From Octopus sinensis (Eukaryota): 33,920 bases of DNA. Shown here in pieces: positions 1 through 10,959 of this stretch. Position 1 is the first letter of the stretch. The number at the start of each line of letters is the position of its first letter. Made by a program: the position numbers and the translations under genes. The notes under the pieces are model-generated. The model was not told the origin of the DNA and searched no databases. It saw only the letters and a list, made by a program, of their open reading frames with translations. The stretch spans positions 1 through 33,920 of the forward strand of contig NW_021831918.1 of assembly GCF_006345805.1 (NCBI RefSeq). Reading direction: 5' to 3'.

Positions 1-216
1 ATAGTAAAATTTGATAAATGGTATGTCATTTCCAACCATGTTCACAAAAAGACTCAAAAAGAAACATCTTAATTATCAATAATAATGTATGATGCACTGT
101 ACAATGTATATGTGCAATGTTTGAAGGGAATATTATATGTGTATTGCAAAGTTGTGTGTTTTATTGCTTGTAAATTGTAACATATTTTATAGAGAAACTC
201 ATTTATATTAGTCATA

Positions 217-616
217 TCTTTATATATAAAAGTGAGGTTGTGTGCTGTCTGTCTCCTACGATTTAGATTCCTAACTACTCCCACATTTTGCGGTGCAGTT
301 TAACCAAAACCGGGTATCTTATAGTCGTGATTCATATCGAGCCCTTCTGGGTATTAGCGCGCGTCTACGATGAGTCTACGATTTAAAAAAAAATTACCAT
401 CAATTTTTCCCATTTTTAATGCATTTTTGGCATATATAAGGGAACTAACTCTCTAAAAATTTATTATTAAATCTCAGAACGTAAAAAGCTACAGTAACAC
501 CACCACCCCCCATTGTGGTTAGCCATATTGAGATGGCTATTATACTTTACATCTCTAAAAATGCTTATATAGTTATTTCCCTTACAAACCCGAGCAACGC
601 CGGGCGATACTGCTAG
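217..616 (+). mobile_element. Non-autonomous Helitron (~400 bp) with both termini
   Basis: Starts TCTTTATATATAAAAGTG right after an A (216). Ends with hairpin CCCG-A-GC-AAC-GC-CGGG (589-604) then CTAG (613-616) and T (617). A|TC...CTAG|T insertion with no TSD is the Helitron signature. Confidence 0.8.
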
Positions 617-719
617 TTGAATATATGAATGCTGCGAAGTAGATTGAATAAAATTTGAACATTGTGACCTACGTATGTTTCACCTTAACAGATTTATACT
701 GGTCGTAAATAGCGAAGGT

Positions 720-905
720 AATAGTTGTAGTAGCAGTGGAGGTTACTGCTACGACTGTAACTTCCATCACTGCAACCACTATGACCTTTACTACTAGTAC
801 TACTACTACTACTACTACTACTAATACTACTACTACTGTAACCTCTACCACTACTACCATTATGGACTTCACTACTACTACTGCTGCTGCTACTACGACA
901 GTCGC
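720..905. repeat. Degenerate (ACT/GTA)n trinucleotide microsatellite
   Basis: Runs of actactact and gtagtag; explains the poly-Thr and poly-Val ORFs. Confidence 0.85.
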
Positions 906-914
906 AATGACCGA

Positions 915-1126
915 CTCTTACTCTTCTCTTTTACTTGTTTCAGTCATTTGACTGCGGCCATGCTGGAGCACCGCCTTTAGTCGAGCAAATCGACCCCGGG
1001 ACTTATTCTTTGTAAGCCCAGTACTTATTCTATCGGTCTCTTTTGCCGAACCGCTAAGTGACGGGGACATAAACACACCAGCATCGGTTGTCAAGCAATG
1101 CTAGGGGACAAACACAGACACACAAA

Positions 1127-1198
<72 letters not shown>

Positions 1199-1354
1199 GA
1201 CAGGCTTCTTTCAGTTTCCGTCTACCAAATCCACTCACAAGACATTGGTCGGCCCGGCTATAGCAGAAGACACTTGCCCAAGATGCCACGCAGTGGGACT
1301 GAACCCGGAACCATGTGGTTGGTTAGCAAGCTACTTACCACACAGCCACTCCTA
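915..1354 (-). mobile_element. tRNA-derived SINE, family A (octopus OK/OR-like), with central (AT)n tract
   Basis: Reverse complement of head GGAGTGGCTGTGTGGTAAG...GGTTCCGGGTTCAGTCCC and tail ...GCAGTCAAATGACTGAAACAAGTAAAAG; many similar copies in the window. Confidence 0.9.
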
Positions 1355-1856
1355 TATTATAAGATTATGAAATGCATGCTACATTCATTATTGGCAAAAT
1401 ATACTACTTTTGGTAAATTAACTTTGATCAGAACTTTGATCAGCCTGACGGAATATTGTGCTTTATAACAAGTCCATATCAAATACATGGAATGTATGTT
1501 ATGGCGATGCCTCGATTAGGTACTGGTTTCAGTTTATTTGTTGCTAAACGACGAGGCGGGTACACTAATATACAAATGTACCAAAACATGTAAAAAATAT
1601 CTACGTATCATCTATACAGAATTGATGTATAAACGTAAAAATATATCCACAATAATAAAGTGCTCAATGTACAAAACGTCGATAAACTTAAACACGTTAA
1701 TACAAAGCAGAAAAATCATATATCATAAACTTGTGTGTATATGCAAATTCGGTTTTGGAATTTCAAAAAATCGATAATTTTTAATCAGCGTCAATTTTTC
1801 AAAAATCAATAGGACAGTTCAATGCAAATTCTCATATGAATGTTATTTTCTGCCAT

Positions 1857-2249
1857 GTGGAGGCGCAATGGCCCAGTGGTTAGGGCAGCGAACTCGCGGT
1901 CATAGGATCGCGGTTTCGATTCCCAGACCGGGCGTTGTGAGTGTTTATTGAGCGAAAACACCTAAAGCTCCACGAGGTCTCCGGCAGGGGATGGTGGTGA
2001 TCCCTGCTGTACTCTTTCACCACAACTTTCTCTCACTCTTACTTCCTGTTTCTGTTGAACCTGTATTTCAAAGGGCCGGCCTTGTCACTCTCTGTGTCAC
2101 GCTGAATATCCCCGAGAACTACGTTAAGGGTACACGTGTCTGTGGAGTGCTCAGCCACTTACATGTTAATTTCACGAGCAGGCTGTTCCGTTGATTCGGA
2201 TCAACCGGAACCCTCGTCGTCGTAACCGACGGAGTGCTTCCATCCATCC
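1857..2249 (+). mobile_element. tRNA-derived SINE, family C, full length
   Basis: A box TGGCCCAGTGG, B box GGTTTCGATTCCC, (TCCA)n tail, 12-bp TSD ATTTTCTGCCAT at 1845-1856 and 2250-2261. Confidence 0.92.
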
Positions 2250-2726
2250 ATTTTCTGCCATAACTTTTAAATTTTCTTGAAATTTTATACAAAGATGGAA
2301 TATGCACTAAGGATGCGTTGAGACAAATACATTTTTACCTAGGCCGTTCAAGCAAACCGTAAGATGGTTTTTTTTTATTAACTGATTAACGAAATTTGGC
2401 CTAAATTGTTGTAGGGGTTAAAATGTTCATCAATTATTTCAGCATTTTCAGGTTACTGTAACATGTATTTTCTTAACCTGCACTTAAAATTATCAATTCT
2501 AAACGTTGCAACGGCGTGTGCTAAAACATCTAACATGTATTTTCTTTACACCTGCACTTCGGTTCTAACCGATGCAATCGATATTTGATCCTCCCGATCA
2601 GTGGAACTATACCCATTATCAAATTAAGTACATGATCACTTAAAATTTTCTCTCGGGTTGCAAGAGAATTTGCCCCAAAAATGACGAAAATCGTCGTGTT
2701 TGTGGGGTTTTTTTCCCTCCTCATAG

Positions 2727-2781
2727 CATCTTACGATTCTTATGACCGCCATGTTGTCGTCTCTTCACTCCAGCCGTTTCT
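2727..2781 (+). other. Candidate 55-nt exon, gene unknown
   Basis: Acceptor ttttttttccctcctcatAG and perfect donor GTAAGT at 2782 in non-repetitive sequence; two frames are open. Confidence 0.4.
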
Positions 2782-3367
2782 GTAAGTATAAAATCTCTTT
2801 TCTGTAAATAATTTTTTGTCTATTTTTCAAACATTTATACTTTTTTCATAGCACTCCTTTACAATTCCCTTCTTGATGTTTCCATTGGTTATATATTTGC
2901 AGCTTTCCACTCATCTGACCAAACGATTGTCGTTTTCCGATTCCACACGTATTTATTTGTATTATTGTTTCGTGAGTGAATTTGCTTGCTCCTTCTATTA
3001 TCTGTCTTATGTCTTGGTTTCATTTTTCGTCTGAGAGAAATTAGGCATGGTAATAGGTACTGGGAATATACCCGCTCCCGGGTATTACCGGGCACCTCAG
3101 CTAGTGGTAAAAAAGTAAGTTTCAAAACATTGATGTCCAGGTCTGAAAAGCCAAGTTTGAAAGGAATAGTAGTCATTTCCTTTGATTTCTAGATAGAAGC
3201 AAATAGGAAGTAATACTTACTGACCAGAGACAAGGAAATAATAAAAAGTTTTGTTATACATTGTGTAATATGTCACTGTGTATTTTCCTCCCGAAAGTGA
3301 ATTGAACTCATTATTCCCTTTGTTAATTCTATCACTGAACTACGCAATAAAAATAACATGTAAGCTT

Positions 3368-4036
3368 AGCTGTGTGATTAGAAGCTTGCTTCTCAACCAC
3401 ATGGTTCCGGGTTCAGTCCCATGCGTGGCACCTTAGACAAGTGTCTTTTACCATAGCCTCGGGCCAACCGAAGCCTTGTGATTGGATTTGGTAGGCGGAA
3501 GCTGAAAGAATCCCGTCGTATATATTTCTTTATTGCCCACAAGGGGCTAAACACAGATGGGACAATCAAGAACAGACAAAGGAATTAAGTCGATTACATC
3601 GACCCCAGTGCGAAACTGGTACTTTAGTTATCGACCCCTAAAGGATGAAAGGCAAAGTCGACCTCGGCGGAATTTGAACTCAGAACGTAACGGCAGACTA
3701 AATACGGCTACGCATTTCGCCCGGCGCGCTAACGTGTCTGCCAGCTCGCCGTCGTATATGTATGTGTGTGTGTGTGTGTGTGTGCGCGTGTGTGTTTGAG
3801 TGTGTGTGTGTGTGTGTGTGTGTGTCTTTGTGTCTGTGTTTGTCCTACCCCATAACCGCTTGACAACCGGTGTTGGTGCGTTTATGTCCCCGTAAGCTAG
3901 CAGTTCAGTGAAAGGGAATGATAGAATAAGTACTAGGTTTTGAAATAAGTCCTGGGATCGATTGGTTCGACTAAAACCCCTCAAAGCGGCGGTGCTCGGG
4001 CATGGCCGAAGTCAAATGACTGAAACAAGTAAAAGA
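3368..4036 (+). mobile_element. SINE family A interrupted by a family B copy
   Basis: Head 3368-3523; microsatellite and tail 3760-4036 (GTCAAATGACTGAAACAAGTAAAAG). Confidence 0.88.
3524..3749 (-). mobile_element. SINE family B monomer nested in SINE A
   Basis: Reverse complement of GGCGAGCTGGCAG...GAGTTCAAATTCCGCCGAGGTCGACTTTGCCTTTCATCCTT...AATAAAGAAAT; TSD CGTCGTATAT at 3514-3523 and 3750-3759. Confidence 0.9.
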
Positions 4037-4138
4037 ATAATAAAATAAAAGGAGCAGAAAAGAAAAAAAACAATAAATATAGATACACAACGAAGCATAA
4101 GAACGCTGATCATCAGACCGAACACGTGAAGGTTGACT

Positions 4139-4524
4139 GGAATGGAAGCTCTCCGTCGGTTACGACGACGAGGGTTCCGGTTGATCCGATCAACGGAACA
4201 GCCTGCTCGTGAAATTAACGTGTAAGTGGCTGAGCACTCCACAGACACGTGTACCCTTAACGCAGTTCTCGGGGATATTCCGCGTGACACAGAGAGTGAC
4301 AATGCCGGCCCTTTGAAATACAGATACAACAGAAACAGGAAGTAAGAGTGAGAGAAAGTTGTGGTGAAAGAGTACAGCAGGGATCACCACCATCCCCTGC
4401 CGGAGCCTCGTGGAGCTTTTAGGTGTTTTCGCTCAATAAACACTCACAACGCCCGGTCTGGGATTCGAAACCGCGATCCTACGACGCGCATCCGCTGCCC
4501 TAACCATTGGGCCATTGCGCCTCC
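4139..4524 (-). mobile_element. SINE family C, full length
   Basis: Near-identical reverse complement of 1857-2249; 11-bp TSD GAAGGTTGACT at 4128-4138 and 4525-4535. Confidence 0.92.
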
Positions 4525-4965
4525 GAAGGTTGACTACAAATGAACTAAAACTCAGAATGCCGAAAGCAGAAAATAGCGAATGTACAGAAAATGAAATATC
4601 AAAATACATTAGCGGAAGATAATGTGAAAAACGATTTTAAAAGTAATTTATTTATAATCTTTAAGGTGAGTTTATTATAACGTATTTACTTTCATTGTGC
4701 TACAATTGGATAACAAGGCAAACAAGATATGTAATCATGTTTACAAAAATAATAAGTGTTTTGCAGGATTATGATATCAAAAAACCATAAGCGAAAACTG
4801 AAATAGTTTATTTATTGAATATTTCTGTTCTTTAAATTCTCTCATTACTGGATTTTTTTCTTTTTGCTTTCTGTTTTTTGGGTTTTTTTTTCTTTCTTTC
4901 AACACAAATGTAAGCAAACAACTCTCAACCTGAATTTTATTTCTCGATATTATGAGACGAAATTA

Positions 4966-5011
4966 AGGCGGCGAGCTGGCAGAAACGTTAACACGCCGGG
5001 CGAAATGCTTA
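4966..5011 (+). mobile_element. Isolated 5' head of SINE family B
   Basis: AGGCGGCGAGCTGGCAGAAACGTTAACACGCCGGGCGAAATGCTTA matches the head of the other B copies and stops at the RTE fragment. Confidence 0.8.
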
Positions 5012-5015
5012 ACTA

Positions 5016-5793
5016 GACTTTGTCTAGTTGTCGATAGAATTCTTCCACCTCGTCGTCGTCGCTGGCACTTGTGGGAGCATAGGTCTGGACAATTTTGAGG
5101 GTGGCCTTCACTGAGAGGTTCAAATTTAGTACACCAATCCGTGATGATATGAAGTGGCAAGAAGCGACCCTCGAAGCCCATTCCTTACTTACGATGAATC
5201 CGATACCTCCGACCGATCTAGCACCTTCTGCTCTCCCTAATCTCACAGTGCATCCATCTTGCCATCGTATACTCGCTTCCTTCTTCCAGCGTGTCTCGCA
5301 CAGCTCTAACACGTCGCACCTGATCTTCTTCCTCTCCTCCATTAGGTGGTTCAGTTCATGCCAACCTGCCATGGACCTGCTGTTGTAGGTGCATATGGCA
5401 AGTTTAGTCCTGTTCCATGACGGCCCTCGGGAACATGTGATTCTTAGCAGCCTCTCGTCGCTCGAGTTGCACTCCGCCGTCATGGAGTGGCCCGATTGAC
5501 GTGCAGGGTACTGAAGCCCTTTTCCTTTTCTCTTCGTTCTTCGTACTGTTTTAGCCATAAGATGACGCCATCCCACTGGCTGGGCGGGCAGGCCGGCATT
5601 TTGTTGGATGGCCGTTGACTATTCAGGAGATCATCCGCCCTTTGTTGGGTCTTATTTTTCCATACCACAGGGAGTCCAACAGCATCCTCCTCACCAAGCG
5701 AACCTGGTGGGGTTGTCAGTTTAGTCGCCGACGTCCCGACCATGCAACAGGTTGTACTGGATTACATGTTACCAGTAGCACTCTAGGGCGACC
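5016..5793 (-). mobile_element. RTE-clade LINE fragment: 5' UTR plus N-terminal AP-endonuclease domain, RT missing
   Basis: Stop-free frame with APE motifs ICTYNSRS, CDVLELCETRW, GGIGFIV, SSRIGVL and IVQTYAPTS...DDEVEEFYRQL. The upstream sequence is GC-richer and UTR-like. Confidence 0.88.
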
Positions 5794-5799
5794 TGGCAC

Positions 5800-5873
5800 A
5801 AATCTATATATATATATTATATATATATATATATACAAACATATATATCACAAATATGGCACAAATCTATCTA

Positions 5874-5919
<46 letters not shown>

Positions 5920-5942
5920 ATATATATACATACATATATATC
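5800..5942. repeat. (AT)n/(CT)n compound microsatellite with 14-bp duplication TGGCACAAATCTAT
   Basis: The duplicated 14-mer lies at 5794-5807 and 5857-5870 around an AT tract. Confidence 0.8.
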
Positions 5943-5944
5943 AT

Positions 5945-6596
5945 ATGCGTATAAAGCTAACACCACACACAACCTCAAAATACTTCCATACATTTCCACC
6001 CACAACCCCAAAAATATCGAAGCATACACAACAATCATACAAAACCTCAGTCTATTGTCAACAGACCCAAAAATGAAAAACATTATAAATACACACAAAA
6101 TCCTCAAATGTAAAAGGCAACACAAATCTTTAAAAAAACTCTTGACAAATGCCAAACTTCACACACCCCATCCACCCCCAGCAGTAAAAAAATGTGCACG
6201 CCCAAACTGTGGTACCTGCCCCCTCCTACTCGAAGGCTCTGAATTTACCTTCAAACAAGGTACGAAGTTTAAAATCAAGACTAACTTCTCCTGTTCCTCC
6301 GAGAACCTTATCTACGTTCTCACATGCGCTGGTTGCCAACATAATTATGTTGGGACAACGAGTCTCCCGTTACGTAAACGAGTAGCGGTGCATAAAGAAC
6401 AAATAAATCTCCGGGATACCGACAAATTCCACTGAGTGACCACATAGACTCATGCGCTAAAGACTTAAACCCCAAATTCTATATATTCCCCTTCTACCAA
6501 TGTAAAGACGGGATCACCACACAGGAGAGAATTAACAAGGAGAATCTCTTTATTGAAAAATTCCAAACACAACTTAATATACAAACTCCTCGTTGA
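5945..6596 (+). pseudogene. Penelope-like element ORF remnant: linker plus GIY-YIG endonuclease, one frameshift
   Basis: Reads KILPYISTHNP...KRQHKSLKKLL, zinc knuckle CARPNCGTC, FSCSSENLIYVLTCAGCQHNYVGTT and LRKRVAVHK. After a frameshift near 6410 it continues RQIPLSDHI...RINKENLFIEKFQTQLN to TGA at 6594-6596. Confidence 0.88.
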
Positions 6597-7261
6597 TCAA
6601 ACTTCCCTTTTCTACCTCATTCTTCATGGATGGACTCACACAAATATATAAGGATACCATAGATTCATCACTTCAAGCTAAAACTTATATTCTTTAAATA
6701 TCATTTTTACTATTGCTGTTATTACCATCATTTTTATTATATATGATATAACAATCTGAAATGTAATTATAAATTGGTCTATGCAAATTTATATAATTAG
6801 AAAATAATATAAATAAAGTGTTAAAATCTGAAAGTTAAGTTAACAAACAATTATATAAAAAAGATAATACAAATGAAGCTAAAATGATAATTTTATAATT
6901 TGGTGTTTATTAGCAGCCTTGATTACAGGGGATTTTGTGAAACAAAAATTGAAGAAATCAAAAGAGTTGTCTCCCCTTATTCACAACACAGGAACTGAAG
7001 AACCACAATTACTACTACTTCCTGTTTTTGCCAACATCCTTAATTAAACCAAACAACACATGGTCTTAATCTCATCGGATCCTAACACCTCAAGGTAACT
7101 TTTTCGTGAACAATCATTAAACTCAAGATACACAACGAACTCACAATGTATCGGAGTACTTATTTTTTAATTTTTGTACATATTTATTATTATTCTTTTG
7201 CAAAAAACAATGCAACTTTTTTTCCCCTTTCTCATTTTTAAAAAAACCTTTGTTACATAAC

Positions 7262-7303
7262 TATTCTTGAAAAGTCACACTATGACGAAAACCGGTTTGA
7301 ATA
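7262..7303 (+). ncRNA. Degenerate minimal type I hammerhead ribozyme, probably inactive
   Basis: TATTC-ttgaaaa-GTCA(cacta)TGAC-GAAA-ACCGGT-TT-GAATA. Helix I is TATTC/GAATA, helix II is GTCA/TGAC and helix III is palindromic. The core has two changes from CUGANGA. Confidence 0.6.
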
Positions 7304-7434
7304 AATATATATTTATATATTTTTTCATTTTCTCATTTCATTAAAATTTTCTTTCAATCGAGCATTCTGCATTTTTACAATTTTTCCTTGCTTATCATTT
7401 CTCCACGTGCGGTCAACACAACCCCACCATTTAT

Positions 7435-7436
<2 letters not shown>

Positions 7437-7479
<43 letters not shown>

Positions 7480-7697
7480 CATATATTTATTTATTTATTT
7501 ATATACACACACACATATAAAGTGGAAATATGATAATGGTGCTCTAAGCAACCAAACGAATAGTTAGACAGGCAGACATACAGACAAACAGACGGAGGGA
7601 CGGACGGACGGGCAGGCAGGCAGACAGACAGACAGACAGACAAACGGACGGACGGACGGACGGACGGACAGGCAGGCAGGCAGACAGACAGACAGAC

Positions 7698-7735
<38 letters not shown>

Positions 7736-7875
7736 GTGGATAGATAGATAGGTGGATGGATGGAGGGGAGGGAGGGAGGTGGAGGAGGAAAGAGACAAAG
7801 GCATTTCAAAATGGATAAAATGTCATAGATAGAAAGAAAGAAAGAAAGACGGAAAGAACGAACGAAAGAAATAAA
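7437..7875. repeat. Compound microsatellite: (AT)n, (ATTT)n, (AGAC/GGAC/AGGC)n, (GATA)n, (GGAG)n, (GAAA)n
   Basis: Direct reading. Confidence 0.9.
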
Positions 7876-8267
7876 GAAAGAATAGGAGATGCTGATATGG
7901 GTGGATGCAAACTGCGACAGATCGTTTAAAGAAGATGGTAAAGTAATTAACTGAACTGGTAAATTGATAGAAAAAGTGGAGAAGAGGACCTAAATGTTAC
8001 GAAGACGCATTCGTGTGACATAACACGGTTGTATTTGTGTGAGATAACAATGATTGACGGGAAAGTTGGAGAGAAATGGCTACAGCAGACGATACCTGAG
8101 AGCGTAGAATGTAACAGTGGAAAGGGACAAAAATATTTTTAAAAAACGTATCAACGAATATGATAGAAGTTGTATAAATAGATATCTTATCCGCATATAC
8201 ACACACACACAAACCTACACACATGTATGTGTTTATTACATGCTATACTGAGACAGGGAGCAAAAAC

Positions 8268-8299
<32 letters not shown>

Positions 8300-8352
8300 C
8301 ACGCATGCGCGCACGTACACACACGCGCATAAACGCGCGCGCACGCGCACGC
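8268..8352. repeat. (GATA)n plus (CA/CG)n microsatellite
   Basis: Direct reading. Confidence 0.85.
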
Positions 8353-9139
8353 AAGACCTCAGATTTATAAAAGACAAGGAGAAAAAGTAGGAAACGTGAT
8401 AGTATTAAGTTAATGCATTTTCCAGGAACTTTGCAATGTAAATGAAATAAAATGATGACAACCGGAAATCGAAACCGAATCGCAAGAAGATGCTTATCGG
8501 TGAGGCTTATTTCTGCTTCATGGTATTCATCAAGATTTATAAACATTCATTTGTAACCTTCAATACAAGGACGCAGAAAATGTAAGGAAGCAGGAACGTG
8601 CGTTGTCACTGAAACCAACCACAGCGCTTGACTGGTACTCTGTTTTATCGAACCCAGAAGGTTTGAAAAGTAAAATCGACGATAGAAGTGTTATTTGAGC
8701 TCAAGTTGTTACTAAATACTATAATGCATTAAAAATGCTGCCCTACCGACTGCTACCAAGAACCCTATGAAAACAAATTTTGTTTCATCCAGCATTTTCA
8801 CAAAGCCAAAACATCCAAATCTCCATTAAATCTCAGGCTATCATCTTTGTAAAACATGACAGACGTACAGGATATCATCTCTGAGACGCCCTTTTTAATT
8901 AATTAATTAATTAATTAATTAATTGATTAACTGATCGTGTAAGAAAGAGGCATCCATCAAAAAGACGCAGAATGCAGTTTCACCCAATGAGATGAAAGTA
9001 TAAGTGCCCTATCCTTCCTGACAAGAGTATGTGTCTTTTATATGCTATGATAAAAGTATATATACTCTATAATGAGAGAATATATGATATCTAATTCTTT
9101 TTTCTTTTATTTATTTCAGTCATTTGACTGCGGCCATAC

Positions 9140-9222
<83 letters not shown>

Positions 9223-9383
9223 ATATAATATATATATAAATTCAGGGTGAATACTTGATAATTGTAAGCACCTGTATATACCATTTGGTGGTGTAGGTGG
9301 TAGAGTATATTGTTATAAATCCGTCTAATAAAGGCCCGAAACATATGTACCGCTGAATCCTTAGCATCATGTTTTTATTTTGA

Positions 9384-9452
<69 letters not shown>

Positions 9453-9552
9453 TTAGAGACAAAACCACTATTTTGCAAATCAAACAAAGAAAGACTTAAT
9501 CCAATACATAAAAATATATCTGGCTCCTTTCAGTTTCCGTCTATCAAATCCA

Positions 9553-9826
9553 CTCACAAGGCTTTGATCGGCCCGAAGTGCCACGCAGGTGGGGGAGGGT
9601 GAATCCGGAACCATGTGGTTGGTAAGCAAGCTACTTACCACACACCCTCTCCTGCGCCTATCTACACCGCATACTCTATGATGAGTTGTCATATACTCAG
9701 CATGCATAGAGCATACGGTGTAGATAGGCACAGGAGAGACTGTGTGGTAAGTAGCTTGCTTACCAACCACATGGTTCGGGTTCAGTCCCACTGCGTGGCA
9801 CTTCGGGCCGACCAAAGCCTTGCGAG
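9553..9826. repeat. Fold-back inverted duplication of a SINE A head plus flank
   Basis: Arms 9553-9680 and 9705-9826 are reverse complements that share the same internal SINE deletion and the same non-SINE flank; 24-bp spacer. Confidence 0.88.
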
Positions 9827-10044
9827 TATACTCAGTATACTCTGTGACGTATATATGTATAATGAGTTTTCGTATAATGTGTTCTCTATGATGAGATGAT
9901 GTATACTCTAGCTCTGTGGTGAGAGTATGCGTAAAAGTATACATACTTCAAACCCTACCATGGGTTATGTAGGTTCCATAACCATACTCTTCAATAAAAG
10001 TATATTACTCCAGAATCTACGATGGGAGTATGTTTACTCTCTAA

Positions 10045-10231
10045 CAGTGCTCCGCAACCTTTTTTCACTTGCGGTACACTTATATTCTTTTCAAAATTCG
10101 GCGGCACACCTGAACTAAAAATATAACTAAACATATAGGAAAAAAATTATATTCAGGTTACACTGCGGCGCACCTAGCATCGTCTCGTAATACACCAGTG
10201 TGCCGCGGCATACCGGTTGCGGAGCGCACTG
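10045..10231. mobile_element. hAT-type MITE, 187 bp
   Basis: TIRs CAGTGCTCCGCAACC and GGTTGCGGAGCGCACTG; 8-bp TSD CTCTCTAA / CTCTATAA (7 of 8 match). Confidence 0.8.
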
Positions 10232-10460
10232 CTCTATAATCTACAAGGTGTGCATGCTCTATATTTTACAATGAATACACACGCGCACACACGCACACAC
10301 TCCATTTTCAACAATGAAAGTATAAATATATGAAACTCTACCATGAGAGTATCTTTCATACTCTACAGTTAGAGTATGCATACCTCTTACTTTACAATAG
10401 GCGTATTTACATTCCATGCTGAGGAGTACAAGATATGCATATTCCAATAGAGTATGTATA

Positions 10461-10543
<83 letters not shown>

Positions 10544-10626
10544 CATGGGAGTATATGTGACATCATGAATATTCTGTATTCTACAATAAGAGTATACTCA
10601 ACGATGAATATATGTATATTATATAC

Positions 10627-10959
10627 CTGTGATTCTCAACCATTTTTTACCTTTGGACCCCGTTGATTAGTATTAATATTTCACTCTGGTGGACCCCACT
10701 AGCCCTCGCGATGTTTAAAAACTAGTTTTATAGATACTTCTTTAAACATTCCCATTTTGTTTTTCAAACAATAATTTGTGTAGGTTGAACTTTGTAAAAC
10801 ATTAGAGAAAGAAACCCAACTGTTTCTTCCAACAAATTTTCTTTCAAGGACCCTTAATATACCACTGTGCGTCCCCAGTTTACCGTTTTGCTTGCGTTGA
10901 CCCCCAAAAATCTTATATGGATTCTCAGAGATCATTCGAACCCCGGTTGAGAACTACTG
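10627..10959. mobile_element. hAT/Charlie-like MITE, same family as 20965-21307 in opposite orientation
   Basis: TIRs CTGTGATTCTCAACC and GGTTGAGAACTACTG; internal sequence is a diverged reverse complement of the 20965 copy. No TSD visible. Confidence 0.7.

Larger units (their letters stand above)
5945..7435 (+). mobile_element. 5'-truncated Penelope-like retroelement including 3' tail / pseudo-LTR
   Basis: GIY-YIG remnant followed by a tail with a hammerhead-like motif and AATAAA (7300-7305), bounded by (AT)n on both sides. The 3' boundary is approximate. Confidence 0.7.

Noticed and set aside
736-951. Thr-rich mucin-like ORF
   Set aside because: It is a degenerate (ACT)n tract that runs into a SINE tail, with no supporting splice context.
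1857-1930. tRNA-like sequences at SINE heads (also 3368, 4450, 17090, 23705, 25261)
   Set aside because: A and B boxes are present, but I could not fold a full cloverleaf with an acceptor stem, and each continues into a SINE body. They are not called as tRNA genes.
1520-2420. Possible DNA transposon remnant around the first SINE C
   Set aside because: The composition is suggestive, but I found no terminal inverted repeats or TSD.
8427-8445. Possible 12-nt microexon TTTTCCAG|GAACTTTGCAAT|GTAAAT
   Set aside because: The donor is weak and there is no independent support; such matches are expected by chance in AT-rich DNA.
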